Source: Hyalangium minutum (GTDB lineage Bacteria > Myxococcota > Myxococcia > Myxococcales > Myxococcaceae). From it: 64,000 nt of DNA. Of this stretch, positions 1 through 8,700 are shown in pieces. The position numbers were made by a program, and so were the translations under genes. The stretch is taken from contig NZ_JMCB01000003.1 of assembly GCF_000737315.1 (NCBI RefSeq), forward strand, positions 372,001 to 436,000, given 5' to 3'. Under the pieces are notes generated by a model. The model saw nothing but the letters and a program-made list of their open reading frames with translations, did no database searches and had not been told where the DNA came from. Position 1 is the first letter of the stretch; every line of letters begins with the position of its first letter.

Positions 1-384
1 ACGCTTCGTGGCCTGCTGATCCAGCTCCTGCCGCAGCGCGAGGAAGCGCTCCACCAGCGCCGTCATGTCCTCGAGCTGGAAGGGCTTGATCAGGACCGCA
101 TCCGGCTCCCAGGGGTGGAGCGCCCGCTGGAACTCCTCCTCAGCGGCCGCGCTGACGAGCGCCACCGGCTGCAGCCGCCGGCGGGCCATCTCGACGATGC
201 TCCGCCCGCCCTGCCCTCCTCCGGAGATGCGCAAGTCGGTGAGGATCAGCTCGAAGCGCTCCTGCCGGAGCACCGTCAGGGCCGAGTCCACCAGGCCCAG
301 GGCGCGCACCTCGGCCTGCTCGGAGATGATGTCGCTCATCCCCTCGCGCAGGCTCGCGTCATCCTCGACCAGCAGCACCTTCAT
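1..384 (-). CDS. Single-domain response regulator (receiver); runs off the left edge
   Basis: Manual translation from ATG at 384: MKVLLVEDDASLREGMSDII...FELILTDLRISGG...VALVSA...VLIKPFQLEDM. Acidic pocket, phospho-Asp and KP motif present; not in the ORF track. Confidence 0.85.
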   Translation of the reverse strand, partial: MKVLLVEDDASLREGMSDIISEQAEVRALGLVDSALTVLRQERFELILTDLRISGGGQGGRSIVEMARRRLQPVALVSAAAEEEFQRALHPWEPDAVLIKPFQLEDMTALVERFLALRQELDQQATKR

Positions 385-473
385 CGGGTTTCTCCCGCCG
401 GGGACGTTCCTTCCGCCCCCCCAGGACGCGCCCCCTCAGGGCCGCGCAACGCGCACTTCCGACCGTTTCGTAG

Positions 474-559
474 TGGCCCTCCCCGGACTCGAACCGGGAC
501 GCGGGGTCAGCCGCAGCGGATTTTGAGTCCGCCTCGTCTACCAATTTCGACAGAGGGCC
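474..559 (-). tRNA. tRNA-Leu (anticodon CAA)
   Basis: Reverse complement folds as GGCCCTC acceptor/GAGGGCC, D-arm with TGGTAGA, anticodon arm GCGGA-CTCAAAA-TCCGC, long variable arm, T-arm CCCGG-TTCGAGT-CCGGG. Discriminator A is followed by CTA, so CCA is not encoded. Confidence 0.95.
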
Positions 560-658
560 CTGTCTGCCACCGACAATCGGGCAGACGTATACCGCGCTCA
601 ACGCTCGCATGCACCCGGAGATTGCGGTGTTGCCTTCAAATGACTAGAGGGACCGCGC

Positions 659-1411
659 ATGTACAACCTTCTCATCTCCCTGGGCGTGGGGATCGCCGTA
701 GCTCTGGGCATCAAGCTGCTGGGCTACTCCCTGTGGGCCGGCCTCATTCCGGGCACCCTCGCCTTCGCCTTCACCTTCATTCTCCTGGCCCGCCGGGTGG
801 CCAAGCGCATCCAGGCCCTCATGGACTCCGTCCAGAAGGAGTTCGCCACCCAGGCCACCCACCAGAAGGAAGCCCAGCAGAAGGTGGAGCGCGCCGTGAA
901 GACCCTGGAGCAGGGTCTGGTCTACGACAAATGGCAGCTCATGGTCGGCCCCGAGCTCCACGCCCAGATCGGCATGCTCAAGTACATGGTGAAGGATCTG
1001 GACGGCGCCCAGGCCCACTTCGCCAAGTCCGGTCCTCGCAACTACATGGCCAAGGCCATGGAGGGCGCCCTTCACTACCAGCGCAAGAACTTCACTGCCA
1101 TGGAGGCCTCCTTCGAGGCGGCAGTGAAGACGGGCAAGAAGGAGTCCGTCATCTGGGCCGCCTACGCCTGGTGCCTGCTGCAGAACAAGGACAAGGACAA
1201 GGCGCTCAAGGTGCTCGCTCGCGCCGTGCAGACCAACCCCACGGATGAGAAGCTCAAGGGCAGCCTCACCCAACTGCAGAACGACAAGCGGCTGAAGATG
1301 AAGCCTTACGAGCCCACCTGGTGGCAGTTCGGTCTGGAGGCTCCTCCCATGCCCACGATGGGGGGCGGCGGAGGCGGCGGCCGTCGCGTGCAGTTCATTA
1401 ATCGACGTTGA
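659..1411 (+). CDS. Membrane-anchored TPR-like hypothetical protein
   Basis: 250-aa ORF with GAGG RBS upstream, two N-terminal hydrophobic helices, then helical TPR-like repeats (AQAHF, WAAYAWCL, ALKVLARAVQTNP). Confidence 0.75.
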   Translation: MYNLLISLGVGIAVALGIKLLGYSLWAGLIPGTLAFAFTFILLARRVAKRIQALMDSVQKEFATQATHQKEAQQKVERAVKTLEQGLVYDKWQLMVGPELHAQIGMLKYMVKDLDGAQAHFAKSGPRNYMAKAMEGALHYQRKNFTAMEASFEAAVKTGKKESVIWAAYAWCLLQNKDKDKALKVLARAVQTNPTDEKLKGSLTQLQNDKRLKMKPYEPTWWQFGLEAPPMPTMGGGGGGGRRVQFINRR

Positions 1412-1815
1412 AGACGTCCCTGGGTACAGGCATCCGTTCGCCGGAGCACGGGAATTCCTACCGATCGCGAGTTCCCATGCTGGTACGTCTTACGGATGAG
1501 CCAGACTCGTGGCGAATGAAGGGCGACGCAACCGCCTGAAAAAACACCGGCTGCCCCGTTTCGTCTCAGGGCATGGAGCTTGCTCCTATCCCCCTCACAC
1601 CTCCTCCGAGGAGGGGTGAGCAGCAAAGAAAAGAGACGGACGGACTTGGCAGCCGGAGGTCTCGGGTGAAGGTTGCGGAGGGAAGCGGGTGTCCGGAGTA
1701 CGGAGCGGCGGCGGCGGCGCGAGGGGCGCGAGGGCGTTGTGGGCACTCCGCAGGGCGTGGCGCTCGAGATCTTCGGCCTGCCATTTCGAGGCAGGCGTGC
1801 GCAACGGAGCGTTGC

Positions 1816-2778
1816 ATGGAACGGCGCGGCCGGGGCAGTGAGCGGGCCCAGATCCTCATCATCGAGGACGATGCAGGTGTTCGTGACAGCCTTTCGGATT
1901 TGTTGGTGGTGAAGTTCGAGGTGTTGACGGCCGCGGACGCGGGCGTGGGGGTGGAGCTGGCGCGAGAACACCACCCCGATCTGATCCTGCTGGATCGGTT
2001 CCTCCCCAGCGGCGACGGGCTGGGCGTGCTGGAGACCCTTCAAGGGGATGTCCGCACGGACTCCGTGCCCGTCATCTTCCTCACGGGCGACGCGGACGAG
2101 GCCACCCTGGAGAAGTGTCTGGAACGCGGCGCGGTGGACTTCATCCACAAGCCCGCCAGCGCCCGGGAGCTGATGGCGCGCATTGATCGCGCCCTGCGGC
2201 AGAGCGAGCAGCAGCACCGCCTGCGGGTGCTGGCCCAGACGGATGCGCTCACGGGGCTGGCCAACTTCCGGGCGCTCACCCTGCGCATGGAGGAGGAGTT
2301 CCGGCGCGCGGGCCGCTACCAGTATCCGCTGTCCGTGGTGGTGATCGATCTGGACCACCTCAAGGCCATCAATGACGGGATGGGCCATGATGTGGGCAAC
2401 CGGGCCATCCTGGCGCTGGCCGCCCACCTGAAGAACAACCTGCGCGAGTCAGACTTCGCCGCGCGCTTTGGCGGGGATGAGTTCGTCGCCCTGCTTCCCC
2501 ACCAGACGGCGGTGGAGGCTGCAGCCTTCGCCGAGCGCATCCGCGCCGGGCTGCGCAACGTGACGGTGCAGCGCAGCGATGGGCGCCCCGCCCCATTCGG
2601 GCTGAGCGTGAGCGTGGGCATCGCCGATCATTCCGAGGCCACCCCTCGGGAGAACACCGAAGCGCTGCTGAAGGCGGCCGACGCGGCGCTCTATGTCGCC
2701 AAGCGCGAGGGGCGTGACCGGGTGGTGGTGCACGGCGCCTCGATGGGGGCTCCGCCGGTATCGGCACAGCGGCATTAA
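1816..2778 (+). CDS. dmxB: REC-GGDEF diguanylate cyclase, probable DmxB orthologue
   Basis: REC domain (ILIIEDD, DLILLD, FIHKP) followed by GGDEF domain (D-ALTGLANFR, I-site RESD, intact RFGGDEF). Start moved to ATG 1816 with GGAG upstream. The symbol rests on architecture and the downstream REC-fusion partner recalled from M. xanthus. Confidence 0.8.
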   Translation: MERRGRGSERAQILIIEDDAGVRDSLSDLLVVKFEVLTAADAGVGVELAREHHPDLILLDRFLPSGDGLGVLETLQGDVRTDSVPVIFLTGDADEATLEKCLERGAVDFIHKPASARELMARIDRALRQSEQQHRLRVLAQTDALTGLANFRALTLRMEEEFRRAGRYQYPLSVVVIDLDHLKAINDGMGHDVGNRAILALAAHLKNNLRESDFAARFGGDEFVALLPHQTAVEAAAFAERIRAGLRNVTVQRSDGRPAPFGLSVSVGIADHSEATPRENTEALLKAADAALYVAKREGRDRVVVHGASMGAPPVSAQRH

Positions 2779-2823
2779 CGGATTCACCGGTTGCAGAGGC
2801 ACCGAGGGCGAGCGAGGGCGCGG

Positions 2824-4557
2824 ATGAGCGGAAGCAGACTGGTGGCGGGTTCGAGGGTAGCGATCATCGGCGGCGGCATCGCTGGTGCAGGGCTGGCGTC
2901 TTCGCTCCTGTTCAACGGGCGGGCCCGAGGCGTCTCGCTGGATGTCCGGGTGTATTCACACTCGGAGCCCAACACGGTGCCGCCCCCGGTGGTGCTGACG
3001 CCGGAGTGCCGCTCGCGCCTCGCCGCGCTGGGCTGCCGCGTCCCCATGGATTGGCGCGTGCATGAGCTCCGGGGCGTCGAAGTCCTCTCTCACGGCCGGC
3101 GGGATTTGCTACCGGCACCTCCGGGGGGCTTGTGGGTGGTGGATGGTTGGCCCAATGGCCCCTCCGGGCTCGAGGTGGTGCGCGAGGCGCTCGTGACGGC
3201 CGCCACGGCCCAGGGCGCACGGTTCATCTCCCGGCATGTGGATCGCGTGGAGCGCCATGCGCCTGCCCCGGATGCCCCCGAGGTGGTGCGCAACAGCGGC
3301 CCGCTGGTGGTCCGCGCCCAGGGCAGCGGCGATCGCTTCCATGCGGTGGCGCTGGCGACCGGCGCGGGTGGCTTGCTGGGCGACGCGTTCTTCCCGGGCT
3401 TCGAGCCCGCGCCCACGGTGGCGGCGGTGCAGGCGCGGCTGCGCCATGGGTCCTCACGGCTGACGCTGGCCCCGCTCGCTCGGCTGTGGATCGCTCCCCT
3501 TCCCACCGTGGATGGGCTGTTCCTGCTGCCGGGGGCGCACTCGGTCTACGCGCTGGCGTTCGGGCCAGCGGTGACTCCGGCGGATCTGTGTCAGGCGCTG
3601 ATGATGGCGGCCCGGGATGGGCTCGTGGACGAGGGCTTCGAGCTCTCCGCCCTGGAGACGACGCGGCTGCCGTTCGGGCCGGGCCGCTCGCTGGTGGCAC
3701 CCGGGCAGCTCGTGGTGGGGCCGGCGGCGCTCGGGCACCCGCTGCAGCTGGGGCTGTCCGAGACGCTGGCCACGTGCAGCCGGGCCGCCGTGGGGCTGCT
3801 CGATGGCGGGCTGGAGGCCTCCGCGCTGGAGCGCCGGTATGTCCGCGAGGGCCTCTCGGAGCTGATGGAGGATGCGGCGGCGGGGGCTCGGTCGATCGCG
3901 TGGCTGCGGCGCGCGGGCCGGCGGGCTCCCGAGGCGTTCCTGGCAGCGCGACGCAAGGGCTCGATGTGCGGAGTTTATAGCGGTGGAGTGCTCGGGCTGG
4001 CTGCGCCGACGCCGCTGTCGCTGTTGGCCGCGGCGCGCTGGGCGGGCCTGCGCGAGGTGGTGAGCTCGTGGCTGCGCACGGCGGTGGAGCCGGTGCCCAC
4101 CACGGTGCCCACGCTGGAGCCGGACCTGTACTACGTGGTGGATGATGATCCAGACGCTCGCGAGGCGATGACTCAGTTGCTGGAGTCCACGGGCGCCACG
4201 GTGGTGTCCTTCTCGGACGAGCTGGCGCTGTTCTGCGCGGTGGCGCGGCGGCCGCCCACGGCCATTTTGCTGGATGTGGTGCTGCACTGGGTGGACGGGC
4301 TGCGGTTGTGCGAGGGCCTCAAGCAGCACCCGCTGACGCGCAACACCCGGGTGGTGGTGATGAGTGGGCTCAACCGGCCGCACGTCCGCCAGCGTGCGCT
4401 GGAGGCGGGCGCCGAGGCCTTCCTGCCCAAGCCAGTGGAGCCGGAGCGGCTGCTGCAGCTGCTGATGGGACACGGGGCTCCCCTGCCCACCGTGTCGCCG
4501 CCGGTCCATGTCCCGGAGATCCCGGCGGACGCCGAGTCCGGGCGCTACGCCTCCTGA
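2824..4557 (+). CDS. FAD/NAD-binding-fold protein with C-terminal receiver domain
   Basis: N-terminal Rossmann motif VAIIGGGIAGAG. C-terminal REC (YVVDDD, ILLDVVL, VVVMSG, FLPKP). 577 aa from ATG 2824. Confidence 0.8.
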   Translation: MSGSRLVAGSRVAIIGGGIAGAGLASSLLFNGRARGVSLDVRVYSHSEPNTVPPPVVLTPECRSRLAALGCRVPMDWRVHELRGVEVLSHGRRDLLPAPPGGLWVVDGWPNGPSGLEVVREALVTAATAQGARFISRHVDRVERHAPAPDAPEVVRNSGPLVVRAQGSGDRFHAVALATGAGGLLGDAFFPGFEPAPTVAAVQARLRHGSSRLTLAPLARLWIAPLPTVDGLFLLPGAHSVYALAFGPAVTPADLCQALMMAARDGLVDEGFELSALETTRLPFGPGRSLVAPGQLVVGPAALGHPLQLGLSETLATCSRAAVGLLDGGLEASALERRYVREGLSELMEDAAAGARSIAWLRRAGRRAPEAFLAARRKGSMCGVYSGGVLGLAAPTPLSLLAAARWAGLREVVSSWLRTAVEPVPTTVPTLEPDLYYVVDDDPDAREAMTQLLESTGATVVSFSDELALFCAVARRPPTAILLDVVLHWVDGLRLCEGLKQHPLTRNTRVVVMSGLNRPHVRQRALEAGAEAFLPKPVEPERLLQLLMGHGAPLPTVSPPVHVPEIPADAESGRYAS

Positions 4558-4641
4558 GGCCGGGAGAGGCACAGGGGATGGCTCCCGGCCGCCTGTTCGG
4601 AAATGTCGGGGGTTTTGAAGTGGGCGCCTTCTGCTTCACGG

Positions 4642-5532
4642 TCAGAGGTTTCGCAGCGCTTCGTACGGAGGGGCCAGGTGCACGGCACCGGCCTCTTTGC
4701 GGAACCATGTGAGCTGTCGCTTGGCGTAGTGGCGCGTCTCGCGCGCCGTGTCCTGGATGGCCTCTTCTGGGGTCATCCGGCCTTCCACAACGGCTCGGGC
4801 TTGGACGTAGCCCACACTGCGCATGGGCGCGGCGTCCGCGTACCCGTGCGCCAGAAGCTCCCGGGTCTCCTCCACGAGCCCTCGCGCGAACATGGCCTCC
4901 GTGCGTGCGTTGATCGTGGCGTAGAGCTGCTCCCGAGGCGGCTCCAGCACGAACATCCGGAAGGGGTAGCGGTCCGGCGCGAAGGCGTGCTCCCGGCGCC
5001 ACTGTGAGGCGGGGATGCCGCTCTGGGCGTGGATCTCCAGGGCTCGGATGACGCGGACCAGATCCTGCGTGGGCAGCTTCGCGGCGGTCTCGGGATCCAC
5101 CTCGGCGAGTTTGCGGTGCACGGCCTCGCGGCCCTCTGCGGCGGCCATGGCCTCCAACGAGGCCCGAAGCGTGGGGTCTGCCCCAGGAGCCTCCACCACG
5201 CCGTGCAAAAGAACCCGCAGGTAGAGACCCGTGCCGCCCACGACGAACACGGGCTTCCCGCGCGAGGCGATGTCCGCGATCGCCGCATCCGCCCGGCGCT
5301 GGTACTCCGCCGCCGAGAACGTCTCGAGCGGATCCACCACCGAGATCAAATGATGCGGCACGGCAGCAAGCTCCTCGGGGGAGGGCTTGGCCGTGCCGAT
5401 ATCGAAGAGGCGGTACACCTGCTGCGAGTCCGCGTTCACGATCTCTCCCCCGGCCCGGCGGGCAAGCTCGACGGCGATGCCCGTCTTGCCCGAGGCCGTC
5501 GGGCCGGTGATGACAGTGAGCAGCGGGTTCAC
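4642..5532 (-). CDS. miaA: tRNA dimethylallyltransferase
   Basis: GPTASGKT P-loop, DSQQVY, GTAKP, VGGTGLY, YAKRQLTWFR motifs. Confidence 0.97.
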   Translation of the reverse strand: MNPLLTVITGPTASGKTGIAVELARRAGGEIVNADSQQVYRLFDIGTAKPSPEELAAVPHHLISVVDPLETFSAAEYQRRADAAIADIASRGKPVFVVGGTGLYLRVLLHGVVEAPGADPTLRASLEAMAAAEGREAVHRKLAEVDPETAAKLPTQDLVRVIRALEIHAQSGIPASQWRREHAFAPDRYPFRMFVLEPPREQLYATINARTEAMFARGLVEETRELLAHGYADAAPMRSVGYVQARAVVEGRMTPEEAIQDTARETRHYAKRQLTWFRKEAGAVHLAPPYEALRNL

Positions 5533-5607
5533 GCCCCTCCCCTCTCACTTCTCTCCGGCGGTCGCAACCCCGCTCACAAGGATAAGGGGCCGACGGTCAC
5601 GGGGCAC

Positions 5608-6111
5608 TCAGTCCGGGCAGCCGCCGCAGACCTTGGTCGAGGTGTACTCGTACTCCGTGCACGAGGCCCCCGCCGAGTTGAAGCAGACGCGGTAGCGGTT
5701 CTTGCCCTGGTTCTGTCCACCCAGGTAGGTGCACTCGACGGCGCCGATGTCCGGCGAGTATTGGCAGTCCCGGCAGGCCGTGTCGAACGTGTTGCACGTC
5801 GACAGGCTTCCGCAGTTGTAGGTCGCCGACCAGCTGCCGCAGGAGTTGTAGCCCAGGTTGGTACAGGTCTTCGCCGCCATGCAGGCCGCAGCCGGCTGCA
5901 GCATGTCTCCCTGCGGTTTCGGCACCTTCGCGAGCACGGCGCTCATCAGCTCCGGCGACATCACCGTGCCGTCGGGAATGGCCGCGAGGTTCTCGGGCGC
6001 AAGCTCCTCGATGGGGAGGTTCTCCTCCGCTTCCACCGGGCCACAGCCCACCAGAATACTCAGCACCACTGCGCCCACGGCCATCCATGCGTTCTTCATC
6101 ATGTGAGTCAT
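5608..6111 (-). CDS. Cysteine-rich putative lipoprotein
   Basis: Signal peptide with lipobox ILVGC, acidic linker, C-terminal domain of about 95 aa containing 12 Cys; AGGAG RBS upstream. Confidence 0.75.
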   Translation of the reverse strand: MTHMMKNAWMAVGAVVLSILVGCGPVEAEENLPIEELAPENLAAIPDGTVMSPELMSAVLAKVPKPQGDMLQPAAACMAAKTCTNLGYNSCGSWSATYNCGSLSTCNTFDTACRDCQYSPDIGAVECTYLGGQNQGKNRYRVCFNSAGASCTEYEYTSTKVCGGCPD

Positions 6112-6140
6112 CTCCTGAAACTTCGTTGCGAATGGAAGGA

Positions 6141-6167
6141 GGAGCCCGCCCCCTGAGTCCGGGCTCC
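6141..6167. terminator. Intergenic stem-loop
   Basis: GGAGCCCG (6141-6148) / CGGGCTCC (6160-6167) perfect 8-bp stem between two co-oriented genes; no U-tract. Confidence 0.45.
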
Positions 6168-6180
6168 CCCAAGGACATCA

Positions 6181-7071
6181 CTACTGGCCGACGACCACCG
6201 TGATCTGCTGGAGCGCGTTCAGTCCCTCGGGCTCATGCGCCACGCCGCCGAGCTCGATGTACTCGCCGGGGTTCAGCGCGCGATCCAGCCGCGCCTCAAG
6301 CAGCGCCTCGCGGAAGAAGCTGGCGTAGGGGTTGCCGGGATTGTGCGGATCCACGACGTCGTCCGGCCCCCAGTAGCCACCAGCGGAGCCGCTCGGGCCG
6401 TGGATGACCGAGATGGGAGTGCCCGCCTCGAGCACGGTGCGGCCCACGTTCTGGAGCACCAACGACACGCGGTTGGCCCGGTAGCCGTCCACCTCGGAGC
6501 GCACCGGCTCCACCTCGGACCTCACCAGCGCCAGCGCTCCCGGCGCCGAGCGCGGCGAGAGGATGCGCAGCCAGTACCAGGGCGCGGCCCGCGGATCGAG
6601 CGCCACCTGGACGCCATCATGGAAGATGACGGTGAGGATGTGGTTGGCGTCCCGCGTGAAGGACCGGGCCCGGGCTCGGACCTCGATGCTCTGCCCGGGC
6701 CGGAGGGTGGGCAGTGTGCCTCCGTTCAGGGCCTCCGTGCCCAGCAGCGAGCGCGCGGCCGGCAGCGCCAGGGCGGCGGGATCTCGATACCCCGCCGAAT
6801 CCACGGCCGCGTGGGAGAGCGTATAGGCCAGGCCTCCCTCCAGCGTCGCCGCGCCCACGTTGATCAGGGTGAAGGAGATGTCGAACGCATCCCCCACGGG
6901 CTGGATGTTCCAGTCCCTCACGGCGATGTCCACGCGCGGCCCATCGAAGCGCCACCACCAGGGATAAGGGGTTGGGCAGCGCTCGGTGTCCCAATCGCTG
7001 GCGGCGAGGGCCGAGACCGGCAGTTGAACGAGCACGAGCACCAACAGCAGCAAGGTGCGCTTGAAATTCAT
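6181..7071 (-). CDS. Secreted hypothetical protein with two CARDB/Ig-like beta modules
   Basis: Signal peptide MNFKRTLLLLVLVLVQLPVSALA. Two similar segments (ISFTLINVGAATL...TLRPGQSIEV and VSLVLQNVGRTVL...ALNPGEYIEL) suggest a duplicated Ig-like fold. Confidence 0.7.
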   Translation of the reverse strand: MNFKRTLLLLVLVLVQLPVSALAASDWDTERCPTPYPWWWRFDGPRVDIAVRDWNIQPVGDAFDISFTLINVGAATLEGGLAYTLSHAAVDSAGYRDPAALALPAARSLLGTEALNGGTLPTLRPGQSIEVRARARSFTRDANHILTVIFHDGVQVALDPRAAPWYWLRILSPRSAPGALALVRSEVEPVRSEVDGYRANRVSLVLQNVGRTVLEAGTPISVIHGPSGSAGGYWGPDDVVDPHNPGNPYASFFREALLEARLDRALNPGEYIELGGVAHEPEGLNALQQITVVVGQ

Positions 7072-7123
7072 GGTGAAGCCTCCGAGCAGTCCGGGTGAGT
7101 GGTCCGGTGATGCTCAGAGGCAT

Positions 7124-7139
7124 TGCAACGGAAGGGCCA
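7124..7139 (-). promoter_or_regulatory. Putative sigma54 (-24/-12) promoter
   Basis: Minus strand reads TGGCCCT-TCCG-TTGCA, matching TGGCACG-N4-TTGCW with the invariant GG and GC correctly spaced; about 50 bp upstream of the 7071 start. Confidence 0.65.
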
Positions 7140-7153
7140 ACGCCTGACGGCCC

Positions 7154-8548
7154 TCATCCCTCGTCGGAATCGCCTCCCGCAGAAGCGGAGATCGCATGGC
7201 GCTCCAGCAGCCGCCGGAGCTGAGTGCGGTGCATCCCCAGCGCGCGCGCCGTCGCCGCCACGTTGCCGCCGTTCTGCCGCAAGGCCTCCTCGATGCGGGC
7301 CTTCTCCTCCGGGGCCACGGGCTTCGCTCGGGACGTCTCCTCGCGAGGCGCTCGCCGCTCTTCGGAGCTCGGTGCGGGAGCCACGGCCGCGGGGCCAAAG
7401 GCCGTGCCCGCGCTCTGGCTCAAGTGGCGAGCCTCGACGCGCGTGGCGCCGTGCATGAGGGCCGCCTGGGCGGCGGTGCGCGCCTCTACCAGCAGCTCGC
7501 GGACGTTGCCCGGCCAGGGCCGCAGCAGGCAGGCCTCCACCAGCGTCACATGGAGCCCCAGCTGCGGAGAGATCTGCTGCACGGCGCGCTGGAGCAGCAG
7601 GGGCAGCTCCTCGGGACGCTGCCGCAGCGGGGGCAGCGTCACCTGGGGCCGGCCGATGCGGAAGTACAGGTCCTCCCGGAGCTTCCCCGAGGAGACGAGC
7701 GCCCGCAGATCCTTGTTGCTCGCCGAGCAGACCAGGATCTCCACCTTCTTCGCCTTCAAGGCGCCCAGGGGGAGCACCTCGCGCGTCTCCAACGCGCGCA
7801 GCAGCTTCGCCTGCACTGCCAGCTCGAGCTCCACCACCTCGTCGAGGAACAGCGTGCCGCCATGGGCCGTCTGCAGGTAGCCCTCGGCGTCATCGGCTCC
7901 CGAGTAGGCGCCGCGCCGAGCGCCGAACAAGAGCCGCTCGGCGAGCCCCTGAGGAATGGTGGCGCAGTTGACGGCCACGAAGGGGCCCTCGCTCTGGGGG
8001 CCGTGCTGGTGGAACGTGCGCGCCACGCCCTCCTTGCCCGCGCCGCTCTCGCCATGAATGTGCAGGGAAAACCCGAGCTTGGCCGCGCGTGTCACCTCGG
8101 CCAGCAGCTGCTGGAGCACCGGGCCCCGCACGAACCCATCCACGAGTGTCACGCCGCGCTTCTGCAGGGGGGCCACGTCCGGAGAGGGCACGAAGAGCGA
8201 GTCTCCCATGCGGAGGACCCGCCGCACCTCGCGTGGGGTATTGGCGGGGATCTGCTCCCCATCCACGAAGGTGCCGTTCTGGCTGCCCAGATCCGTGGCG
8301 TGGAAGTGCCGTCCGTCGAAGTGGACGCGCGCGTGGCGGCGCGACATGCGCGGGTCCTGCACCTCGCCGAGCAGAGCGCCGCGCCCCAGCTCCAGGGCCT
8401 CGCCGCTCAACGGAAGTGCCTGGGCCAACGGCGCCTCGCCGGTAAACAGCCGCAGCAAGCCCGGGACCCGCTCTCCCTCGGAGGTATTCCCACCGCTTGC
8501 GATCCCGCTGGGGCGCAGGGTGGATCCGTCCTCTCCCATGCGGTGCAT
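7154..8548 (-). CDS. FHA-domain sigma54-dependent transcriptional activator (bEBP)
   Basis: FHA (LGRGA...DPRMSRRHA...DLGSQNGTF), AAA+ (GESGAGKE, GAYSGA, LFLDEV, REDLYFRI, WPGNVREL), Fis-type HTH (NVAATARALGMHRTQLRRLL). Real start is ATG 8548 or 8539, not 9172. Confidence 0.92.
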   Translation of the reverse strand: MHRMGEDGSTLRPSGIASGGNTSEGERVPGLLRLFTGEAPLAQALPLSGEALELGRGALLGEVQDPRMSRRHARVHFDGRHFHATDLGSQNGTFVDGEQIPANTPREVRRVLRMGDSLFVPSPDVAPLQKRGVTLVDGFVRGPVLQQLLAEVTRAAKLGFSLHIHGESGAGKEGVARTFHQHGPQSEGPFVAVNCATIPQGLAERLLFGARRGAYSGADDAEGYLQTAHGGTLFLDEVVELELAVQAKLLRALETREVLPLGALKAKKVEILVCSASNKDLRALVSSGKLREDLYFRIGRPQVTLPPLRQRPEELPLLLQRAVQQISPQLGLHVTLVEACLLRPWPGNVRELLVEARTAAQAALMHGATRVEARHLSQSAGTAFGPAAVAPAPSSEERRAPREETSRAKPVAPEEKARIEEALRQNGGNVAATARALGMHRTQLRRLLERHAISASAGGDSDEG

Positions 8549-8613
8549 TCTAGGGGGCCGGCCGAGCCGCACCGTGAAAATGAGCGCGGGCGGCACACGA
8601 CACAGCCCCGCGC

Positions 8614-8639
8614 TGGCACAAGGCACAGCTCGCTGTGCC
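8614..8639. promoter_or_regulatory. Palindromic GGCACAGC-N2-GCTGTGCC element, copy 1
   Basis: TGGCACAAGGCACAGCTCGCTGTGCC upstream of the bEBP gene; near-identical copy at 11998-12023. Confidence 0.6.
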
Positions 8640-8700
8640 AGGGTCTGTGCCTGCGGGCACCGACGAAGTGTCCTGAGAGAACACTCGTGAATACATCTGT

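Noticed and set aside
474-559. tRNA-Leu as an integration site
   Set aside because: No integrase and no duplicated tRNA 3' end seen in the window; the left flank is only 0.47 kb, so evidence is limited.
8614-8640. TGGCACA boxes as sigma54 -24 elements
   Set aside because: No TTGC-like -12 element at the required spacing on either strand; they fit operator dyads better.
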